DNA of 9,973 nucleotides from Octopus sinensis (GCF_006345805.1 NW_021827692.1:1-9973); one strand, 5' to 3'. Counted from the first letter of the stretch, positions 1 through 8,547 are shown. Numbers and translations are program-made. The notes: generated from the letters alone by a model not told the origin.

Positions 1-371
1 AACCAGCTGTCAACTAAGGAATGATACATCTATTCTCTCACTCTACTTCTCTTATCTAGTCGATATGTATATGTGCGTGTGTTTGTTGTGTGTGTGTGTA
101 TGTGTGTGTATATATGTACACGATTCGAGGAGTTTTCGTCAGGTCACTGAACTAATTAGCATGCACTCTGAGTGTCCAAATAGGTATGCCACTAAAATTC
201 CGGTTGAGCTGCAGTTGTATATGTGATTTTGTGACTGCCTTCCTAAAGTGGCTGGAAGTAGCTTCCCTTTGAGCCGGTAGGTGTAGATTATCGCAGAAAG
301 GAAAAAGCAAACGGTGTGCCAAGACAAGGGCATTTAATTTAACTTTATCATTAAAAGTTTACATAGTCTCT

Positions 372-450
372 GAAAGCTGTTTCTAGAATATTCCAGCTAT
401 TGGAACATCGTGCTGAGCGAAGATTCCATTGGTCGAGTATTCCGTCATCA
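372..450. promoter_or_regulatory. Candidate promoter/enhancer island: perfect 3-unit heat-shock element, a 2-unit HSE, two inverted CCAAT boxes and a CRE half-site
   Basis: tTTCtaGAAtaTTCc at 380-394 matches alternating nGAAn; GAAgaTTC at 419-426; ATTGG at 399-403 and 428-432; CGTCA at 443-447. Motif-only evidence, no linked gene visible. Confidence 0.3.
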
Positions 451-582
451 GAGAGAGAGAGCGAAAGAGAGAGATAGGTTAAAGATATGTACCAGTGGTA
501 AAATATTTCTCATCAATGATATTATTGTGATTCATTTTATCTAAAAAAAAGGAGGAGGAATCGAGTTAAAATACAAACAGTA

Positions 583-585
<3 letters not shown>

Positions 586-625
<40 letters not shown>

Positions 626-674
626 CCACCATCACCATCACCATCATCATCATAAACATCATCATAATCACCAT
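586..674. repeat. (ATC)n microsatellite with ACC interruptions
   Basis: Direct reading of tandem ATC/ACC units; explains the poly-Met ORF at 537-725. Confidence 0.97.
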
Positions 675-825
675 TCTCATCGCATCCCGTCGTACATATA
701 GGTAAACATCAAGGAAAACAGGCAAGGATTAAAATCCGAAAAAAAGCCAGAAAAAAAGGACTTGCAATATAAAGCCTTCAGTAAAGAAGAATTTTAATAA
801 GTTGTCTTTCTCTCTCTCCCTCTTT

Positions 826-831
826 CACACA

Positions 832-881
<50 letters not shown>

Positions 882-882
882 A
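826..882. repeat. (CA)n microsatellite
   Basis: Near-perfect CA run. Confidence 0.97.
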
Positions 883-1710
<828 letters not shown>

Positions 1711-1869
1711 TAACCACAGCTGTTCACCACACACGTGTAAAAATACCACCTTGGGGTATTAGAAAACAAAAGGCAAATCGTGGAGTAAGACACGTGAAGT
1801 AGGTAAATGGGTAAGGATGCAGTATGGGAAAAGGGTGGAAGTGTTGATCTCTTTTGAACTGAGTCGAAG

Positions 1870-1972
1870 ATGGTGGCATTCAGGTGACGGTGGCGTTGGT
1901 GATTGGTGGTGGTAGTGATGGTATGAGGGTAGTGGTAGTATTGATAGGGGAGAGATGTTGGTGGGGGTGGTA
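1870..1972. repeat. Degenerate (TGG/TAG)n low-complexity tract
   Basis: GGT/GTGGTA-rich imperfect repeat. Confidence 0.7.
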
Positions 1973-2100
1973 CCGCAAGCTGCTTTGTCAACTTTCAATT
2001 GTTACAACAGTGTGAAGTGACCTGGTCAGTAGGACAACTTCAGGCCGTCAACAGGGGATTAATCTAACCCCTTCCTCCTATGCTTTTAACCTCAACACTG

Positions 2101-2300
2101 TGAGACACACACACATGAAATGTATACCCAACACACACACACGCACGCTCGCACTCACACATACACACTCACACATACGCACACACCACACATACACGAA
2201 CACACATACAAACACACATACACCACACAAAGCACACAAACATAAAGGTCCGAGCGTATGTGTGTATGTGACTGTAAATACATACACATACACACATGCA
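2101..2300. repeat. Degenerate (CA)n/(CATA)n low-complexity tract
   Basis: Imperfect CA-rich repeats. Confidence 0.85.
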
Positions 2301-2304
2301 TACA

Positions 2305-2525
2305 TTCTTTTCCTTTTTTCTTTTTTTCTTTTTATTTGTTTCAGTCATTTCACTGCGGCCTTACTGGAGCACCGCCTTTAGTCGAGCAAATCGGCGCCAG
2401 GACTTATTCTTTGTAATCCTAGTACTTATTCTATTGATCCCTATTGTCGAACCGCTAAGTGACAGGGATGTAAACACACCAGCATCGGTTGTCAAGCGAT
2501 GTTGGGGGGGACAAACACAGACACA

Positions 2526-2565
<40 letters not shown>

Positions 2566-2573
2566 ACACACAC

Positions 2574-2607
<34 letters not shown>

Positions 2608-2771
2608 CGACGGGCTTCTTTCAGTTTCCGTCTATCAAATCCACTCACAAGGCTTTTGGTCGACCCGAGGCTATAGTAGAAGATACTTGCCCAATGTGCC
2701 ACGCAGTGGGACTGAAGCCGGAACCATGTGGTTGGTAAGCAAGCTACTTACCACAGAGCCACTTCTGCGCC
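2305..2771 (-). mobile_element. tRNA-derived SINE, type A, full length, with internal (TA)n(TG)n microsatellite
   Basis: Minus strand starts GGCGCAGAAGTGGCTCTGTGG (A-box-like), then GGCTTCAGTCCC (B-box-like) and CORE-like TTGGGCAAGTATCTT. Internal microsatellite at ~2513-2607; 3' tail ...GGTGCTCCAGTAAGGCCGCAGTGAAATGACTGAAAC followed by an A-rich end. Homologous segments recur at 5811-6107, 8052-8113, 8548-8689 and 9701-9755. Confidence 0.9.
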
Positions 2772-2783
2772 TATATAAATGAG

Positions 2784-3070
2784 GGCGCATGGCTTAGTGG
2801 ATAGGGACTTGCTCACGAGATCGTGGTTTCAATTCCTTGACTGGGTAGTGCGTTGTGTTCTTGAACAAAATACTTCATTACGCGTTGCTCTGCAATTACT
2901 TCGACATCCGACGCGTGGTACACGCTTTACCTGTTCAGACAACGTCGATTTGATGGAGATAGTGAGCTAATGAGCGGCACGTATATTTAACCAGTATAAA
3001 CAAATTATTTGTGCAGGTCGTTAGGAAAAGCTGAACACTCACACGTCGTCAAAGGACGGGAGATTCCATC
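2784..3070 (+). mobile_element. tRNA-derived CORE-like SINE, type D
   Basis: GGCGCATGGCTTAGTGG (A box), GGTTTCAATTCC (B-box-like), CORE-like GTGTTCTTGAACAAAATACTT; first ~100 nt are homologous to the element at 3202-3514. The 3' boundary is approximate. Confidence 0.8.
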
Positions 3071-3098
3071 ATACACACACACATACACAAACACACAC

Positions 3099-3195
3099 GT
3101 ATGTATGTATGTATGTATGTATGTATGTATGTATGTATGTATGTATGTATGTATGTATGTATGTATGTATGTATGTATGTATGTTTGTATGTATG
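3099..3195. repeat. (TATG)n microsatellite
   Basis: Long, near-perfect GTAT run; resumes at ~3517-3541 after SINE C. Confidence 0.97.
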
Positions 3196-3201
3196 TGTGA
3201 A

Positions 3202-3514
3202 GGCGCGTGGCTTAGTGGTTAGGGGCATTCGGCTCATGATCGTGAGTTCAATTCCCGGCGGCGCGTTGTGTCCTTGAGCAAGACACTTTATTTCCCGTTG
3301 CTCCAGTCCACTCGGCTGGTAAAAACAAGTAGTACCTGTATTTCAAAGGGCCAGCCTTGTCAAACACTGTGTCACGCTGAATCTCTCCGAGAACTACTTT
3401 AAGGGTACACATGTCTGTAGAGTGCTCAGCCACTTACACATTAATTTCACGAGCAAGCTGTTCCGTTGATCGTATCAGCTGGGACCCTCGTCGTCGCAAC
3501 CGACAGAGTGCTCC
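3202..3514 (+). mobile_element. tRNA-derived CORE-like SINE, type C, lying within a (TATG)n tract
   Basis: GGCGCGTGGCTTAGTGG (A box), GAGTTCAATTCCC (B box), CORE-like GTGTCCTTGAGCAAGACACTT; TATG repeats on both sides. Confidence 0.85.
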
Positions 3515-4463
3515 TTTATGTATGTATATATGTATGTATGTAAATAAAGATCCATTACAAAGAAACAAGCTCTAATTGGGATGTAAAGCATCCAATTTTC
3601 GCTGGTTAACTGTTTAATAGGCAATATAGTAGGAAAATATTTTCTCCAAAGAATACATATGTAATTAGTTTATTATACAATAATAAAAGGAAAATGGAGA
3701 GTTTAAAGTGACATAATTTAATCCATTGACATAGTATAATATTATTATAATATAAAATAAATATAATCCCTACAATTGTTTTAATTCAAACCCAAAACCC
3801 AAAAATAATATGGAAATATTCGAGTAAGAATCTCATCAGAGTAAATTGGACGAAAATCATATGAGTATTTTGAAATCGTAAAACAGACTGACTGTATATA
3901 TTCTTATGTTCGTAAGTGTGAGAATCAGTAATTAAATTTTTAAAAATTAAATAAAATAGAATAAAAGCTAATATAACGGTTGTAAAATATGCGTGTGTAT
4001 ATATTTCGGTCAATCTTTGCCTTTGTCAGCAACAGCACCAGGTTTTTCTTTGCTTTAGGGCTGGGGATCGCGTTTTATATTGAACAGATAAGCGATTAGT
4101 AATTAAATTTAGTTAGACAGATTTCATTACTGGTTGATCATTCGTTTAACGTAAAGACAATATAAAAAAAAAAAAACTTGGAGCAATTGCTGATATGCAC
4201 AAAACTTGATTAAACTGGAATGAATCGACTGAAGGAGCACGAAACAACGTTGATTGAAATATATGGATGTACACGAATATGTTAAATAAAACTTGTACAC
4301 ACAGCAAAACACACAAACATATACACTCAGGCATACATATATATGGTGAAGAGCGCGAAGTAAAACACAGAAAATAGCAAAAAGAGCAGATAAGTTCGTA
4401 ATATTACTGCGTATACACACATATATAGGCACTCATATACATGTGTACAAGTGCATATGGATG

Positions 4464-4549
<86 letters not shown>

Positions 4550-4565
4550 GCTGCAACTACTACTA

Positions 4566-4605
<40 letters not shown>
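4464..4605. repeat. Compound trinucleotide repeat (CTA)14(CTG)10 CTA (CTG)5 CAA (CTA)3 A (CTA)13
   Basis: Counted directly; explains the poly-L/T/A/Y/S ORFs at 4433-4733. Confidence 0.97.
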
Positions 4606-4820
4606 TGCGTGTGTGTCTGTGTATGCATGTGTGTTTGTATGTGTGGGCGTGTGTAATTAGTTTATTCTCCTTATACGTCACACCGCACCCTTTCATACAC
4701 AATACGATCAAGTTATTAAGTGTATGTGTGTAGTTAGGCTCTCAGCCCAAACTCTATCTACATTCGATGCGAGGAGATGGTTGTGAGGTGTACATCTGGG
4801 ACTCTGAATTAATGTTTGCT

Positions 4821-4876
4821 CCCAATACCCCCACCCCACCCCCGCGCTCGCTTACAGTAGCACCCACCCCTACCCC
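4821..4876 (-). other. Putative G-quadruplex motif (minus strand) / i-motif (plus strand)
   Basis: Plus strand CCC AATA CCCCC A CCCC A CCCCC (4821-4843), i.e. four G-runs of 3 or more with 1-4 nt loops on the minus strand; three more C-runs at 4863-4876. Confidence 0.5.
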
Positions 4877-5103
4877 ACCTACCAGAACCAGTACACATAT
4901 TTTCCCTTCTCGTACCATTGTCCATGTAACTCATTCAATTACCCACTCACCCAGTCTTCTACACACAAACGCACAGTTAATCTGCAACCATTGTGATGGA
5001 CTTTTATCAAAACAGTGGATTGTTGACCAAGTGGTTTTAGACTGGATAAAACACACGTGACCGTCACGGCTCTTGCTAGCGTTATTGTCCATTATGTCGT
5101 AGT

Positions 5104-5415
5104 TGCTGTTGTTGTTGTTGGTGGTGGTGGTGTGTGTATCTATTTACATGTATGTGTATGTTTTCATATATCTAAATGCATACACAAACACACACACATA
5201 TACTGATACATATGTACATACATATATATACATGTTTAAATGAATATATATAAATGTATATATAAACACACATATCTACATACATAAGTCCATACGTACA
5301 CACACACACACACGCACGCATATATACACACACACGTTCACATGTGCTTATATATAGTTACACATATATACATATAGCATATATACATACATATATACAT
5401 ACATACACACGCATA
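5104..5415. repeat. Degenerate (GTT)/(GGT)/(TA)/(CA) low-complexity tract
   Basis: Direct reading of mixed simple repeats. Confidence 0.85.
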
Positions 5416-5616
5416 TTTATAAGTAAGCTTCGGCTTACATGCCGTTATGTCGTTGTCAGAATGCGGGTAAGTTTGACGTTTGAAGCCTTAGTTTAATGAC
5501 GTCAAGAAAGCGGAAACTTCGAAGTGACTGTCAACCTTTATCATGTCCATAAAATATAAGCATGTTACTGAGGTGAAATGTGTTCAGTGATCTTTCAATT
5601 CAATGATCAATACTTT

Positions 5617-5618
<2 letters not shown>

Positions 5619-5657
<39 letters not shown>

Positions 5658-5667
5658 CATATGTATG

Positions 5668-5704
<37 letters not shown>

Positions 5705-5709
5705 TATAT

Positions 5710-5765
<56 letters not shown>

Positions 5766-5775
5766 TCAGATATAT
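5619..5775. repeat. (CA)n followed by long (TA)n microsatellite
   Basis: AC run at 5619-5659 and TA run at ~5670-5775. Confidence 0.97.
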
Positions 5776-5810
5776 ACAACAACTGCAACGCACAGTGTAA
5801 AAGAGCCTCA

Positions 5811-5881
5811 TCAGGTAACGTAAGCACACCACCATCGGTTGTCAAGCGATGTTGGAGGGACAAACACAGACACAAAAACAT

Positions 5882-5916
<35 letters not shown>

Positions 5917-6107
5917 ATAATTATATATATATATATATATATATATGAAGGGCTTCTTTCAGTTTCCGTCTACCAAATCCACCCACAAGGCTTTCGTCGG
6001 AATTAGGTTAGAGTAAAAGATACTTGCTCAAGGTATCACGCAGTGGGACTGAACCCGGTATCATGTGGTTGGGAATCAAACATTTTAACACATAGCTGCG
6101 CCTGCGC
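5811..6107 (-). mobile_element. SINE type A, second copy, head intact and 3' tail missing
   Basis: Shares CATCGGTTGTCAAGCGATGTTGG..GGACAAACACAGACAC and GGGCTTCTTTCAGTTTCCGTCTA.CAAATCCAC.CACAAGGCTTT with 2483-2660. Head GCGCAGGCGCAGCTATGTG...GGGTTCAGTCCC on the minus strand. Similarity is lost left of ~5811. Confidence 0.88.
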
Positions 6108-6169
6108 ATTTTATAACTTCAGCGGACAAACTGTTTGCTGTTTAGTTATTATATCTGGGGACAGATAAA

Positions 6170-6293
6170 TAAACACGCACATACACCCACGCACGACCAC
6201 CCACGCACACACACACACAGACTCACACATATACGCACACACATTCATATATATGCTCATGCATGTATGAATGTATGTAGGTATCTGTGCGTT

Positions 6294-6332
<39 letters not shown>
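6170..6332. repeat. CA-rich tract followed by (TG)n
   Basis: Direct reading; perfect TG run at ~6298-6332. Confidence 0.9.
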
Positions 6333-6334
<2 letters not shown>

Positions 6335-6351
6335 TTAATGGTGTTTGTATT

Positions 6352-7148
6352 CTTTTTCTACTCTAGGTACAAGGCCCGAAATTTTGGGGGAGCGGGGGCA
6401 GTCAATTAGCTCGAACCCAGGAGGCAACTGGTACTTAATCTATCGACCCCGAAAAGATGAAAGGCAAAGTTGACCTCGGCGGAATTTGAAATCAGAATGT
6501 AAAGACAGATGAAATACCTATTTCTTTACTACCCACAAGGGGCTAAACACAGAGAGGACAAACAAGGACAGACAAACGGATTAAGTCGATTATATCGACC
6601 CCAGTGCGTAACTGGTACTTATCTAATCGACCCCGAAAGGATGAAAGGCAAAGTCGACCTCGGCGGAATTCGAACTCAGAACGTAACGGCAGACGAAATA
6701 CCGCTAAGCATTTCAACCGGCGTGCTAACAACGTTTATTTCTTTATTGCCCACAAGGGGCTAAACATAGACTGGAAAAACAAGGACAGACAAACGGGTTA
6801 AGTCGCTTACATCGACCACAATGCGTAACTGGTACTTAATTTATCGACCCCGAAAGGATGAAAGGCAAAGTCGACTGCGGCGGAATTTGAACTCAGAACG
6901 TAGCAGCAGACGAAATATATATTTCATTACTACCCACTAAGGGCTAAACAGAGAGGACAAACAAGGACGGACAAACGGATTAAGTCGCTTACATCGACCC
7001 CAGTGCATAACTGGTACTTATTTAATCGACCCCGAAATGATGAAAGGCAAAGTCGATCTCGGCGGAATTTGAATTCAGAACGTAACGGCAGACGAAATAC
7101 CGTTAAGCATTTCGCCCGGCGTGCTAACGCTTCTGCCAGTTCGCCGCC
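6352..7148 (-). mobile_element. tRNA-derived SINE type B, four-module tandem multimer bounded by a target-site duplication
   Basis: Head GGCGGCGAACTGGCAGAAGCGTTAG...GAATTCAAATTCC at 7148. The core (plus strand ACTGGTACTT...TCGACCCCGAAA.GATGAAAGGCAAAGT) occurs four times, at ~6427, 6611, 6828 and 7010. Flanks TTAATGGTGTTTGTATT (6335-6351) and TTAGTGGTGTTTGTATT (7149-7165) match at 16/17. Confidence 0.92.
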
Positions 7149-7210
7149 TTAGTGGTGTTTGTATTTGTGAACAAAATGTACAGGTGATTGCGTTCATAAT
7201 CTAGTGAGTC

Positions 7211-7280
7211 AGAGAGAGAAAGAGAGAGAGAGAGAGTGAGAGAGAGAGAGATAGGAGGGAGAGAAAGAGAAAGAGAGAAG
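7211..7280. repeat. (AG)n purine tract
   Basis: Direct reading. Confidence 0.95.
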
Positions 7281-7406
7281 TTGGGGTGAATGAGTGAATA
7301 TATACAGCCACACTCACACACGCATAAATACATTCTTTCTGTCTTACATATGGTACCCAGTATAACTCGAGTCATTTGTACTGGGGTACCATGTTCAAGG
7401 AGGTAA

Positions 7407-8025
7407 CTATGTGGTTCTCAACCAGGGTCTATATGGCCCTTGGAAGTCCATATGAGTCCATTGTTAATATTTATGTGCCATAAATTGGTTATTCTTCAAG
7501 AACACACAAAATATTTAATTACGAAAAGGTGGCGAGCTGTCAGAAACGTTAGCATGCCGGGCGAAATGCGTAGCCGTATTTCGTCTGCCGTTACGTTCTG
7601 AGTTCAAATTTCGCCGAGGTCGGTTTTGCCTTTCATCCTTTCGGGGTCAATAAATTAAGTACCAGTTACGCACTGGAGTCGATATAATCGACTTAATCCG
7701 TTCGTCTGTCCTTGTTTGTCCTCTCTGTGTTTAGCCCCTTGTGGATAGTAAAGAAATAGGTATTTCGTCTGTCTTTATGTTCTGAGCTCAAATTCTGCCG
7801 AGCTCGACTTTGCCTTTCATCCTTTCGGGGTCGATAAATTAAGTACCAGTTGCGTACTGAGGTCAATCTAATTGATTGGTCCCTTCCCTCAAAATCTCGG
7901 GCCTCATTGAGTAGAAAATATATCCAATTATAAAAATATGATAGAATCTTTTAAACATCGAATGGCTATGAGGATCCATCCAAGTAAAATACGAATCAAA
8001 CGGGGTGCATAGGTTAAAAACACTA
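7407..8025. mobile_element. Probable degenerate hAT (Charlie-like) MITE interrupted by SINE B
   Basis: Left end CTATGTGGTTCTCAACC resembles the hAT-Charlie terminus CAGTGGTTCTCAACC. Right end GGTTAAAAACACTAG (8012-8025; reverse complement CTAGTGTTTTTAACC) is an imperfect inverted match. Subterminal GGTCCAT-like motifs occur near both ends. No clean 8-bp TSD seen. Confidence 0.45.
7528..7920 (+). mobile_element. SINE type B, two-module copy
   Basis: GGTGGCGAGCTGTCAGAAACGTTAG (A-box-like), GAGTTCAAATTTC (B box), two copies of GCCTTTCATCCTTTCGGGGTC.ATAAATTAAGTACCAG; homologous to the reverse complement of 6352-7148. Confidence 0.92.
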
Positions 8026-8051
8026 GTATAGAGCATGGAATTTATATATTT

Positions 8052-8113
8052 TAAACTGGCGCTCCAGCATGACCACAGCTGCATGGCTGCAACGAATAAA
8101 AGAATAAAAGAAT
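8052..8113 (+). mobile_element. Solo 3' tail of SINE type A (or of its partner LINE)
   Basis: GGCGCTCCAGCATGACCACAG...AATAAAAGAATAAAAGAAT resembles the reverse complement of 2331-2380 and ends in short tandem tail repeats. Confidence 0.7.
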
Positions 8114-8225
8114 GAATTGCATAGCCGTTAGAATAGGATTGTTAGAATAAAATGTGTCATGAAAATATGTATGGTGGTCCCTTCGCTGGAAGTTGGTAGG
8201 TGTTCGCTTCCCTACTTGCAATATA

Positions 8226-8429
8226 CGGTAAAACTCTCGACTACCGTGCGTGTTATGTTCCAAAATCCCCGTGATAGGTGAACATCTGCGCAGTAGAAAC
8301 AGTAATGTATATTTATTATTATTATTTCTTTAATTTGTATATATTTATTTTATTATAAATGCAAAACAACACCACGGAGGAATTGACGTAAGCTTAAATA
8401 ATAAACCGCGATATGGCGAGGGATCACTG
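8226..8429. mobile_element. Tc1/mariner-superfamily (Tigger/pogo-like) MITE, ~204 bp
   Basis: Imperfect TIRs: left CGGTAAAACTCTCGACTACCGTG versus reverse complement of the right end CAGTGATCCCTCGCCATATCGCG. TA dinucleotides at 8224-8225 and 8430-8431; AT-rich interior; no coding capacity. Confidence 0.7.
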
Positions 8430-8547
8430 TATATGGGGCGCAGACTGATTCGATTAACCAGCTGGAGGAGGTGTCCTCCTCGGGTTAAAATGGCAGTAAC
8501 GTCGGTTCCTACGGAACTGCCAGGTTAAGTGGCAATAAACATATATA

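Noticed and set aside
143-183. Possible 41-nt exon (CAG|GTCACT...AATAG|GTATGC), open in one frame (VTELISMHSECPN)
   Set aside because: Weak polypyrimidine tract, no recognisable protein and no partner exons; AG/GT pairs like this are common by chance.
1732-1796. Two CACGTG E-boxes (and a third at 5054-5059)
   Set aside because: At least two arise at the edge of CA runs, where one substitution creates the motif; no supporting context.
2054-2071. GGGGATTAATCTAACCCC, overlapping K50-homeodomain-like sites in a small inverted repeat
   Set aside because: A single short motif with no other support.
4433-4733. Poly-L/T/S/A/Y ORFs
   Set aside because: Translation of the CTA/CTG trinucleotide array.
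6509-6801. ORFs of 84, 62 and 65 aa with non-repetitive-looking peptides
   Set aside because: They lie entirely inside the SINE B multimer.
6427-7100. Regularly spaced repeats superficially resembling a CRISPR array
   Set aside because: Units are ~180-220 bp, the 'spacers' are homologous to each other, there is a tRNA-like head and a TSD, the context is eukaryotic and there are no cas genes. It is a SINE multimer.
7060-7148. tRNA gene calls for the SINE heads (also 2700-2771, 2784-2835, 3202-3256, 7528-7615)
   Set aside because: A/B boxes are present but I could not build a complete cloverleaf, and each head continues into repeat body sequence.
7508-7937. Target-site duplication for the plus-strand SINE B
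   Set aside because: The flanks (AAAATATTTAATTACGAAAA versus AAAATATATCCAATTATAAAAA) are only loosely similar AT-rich strings.
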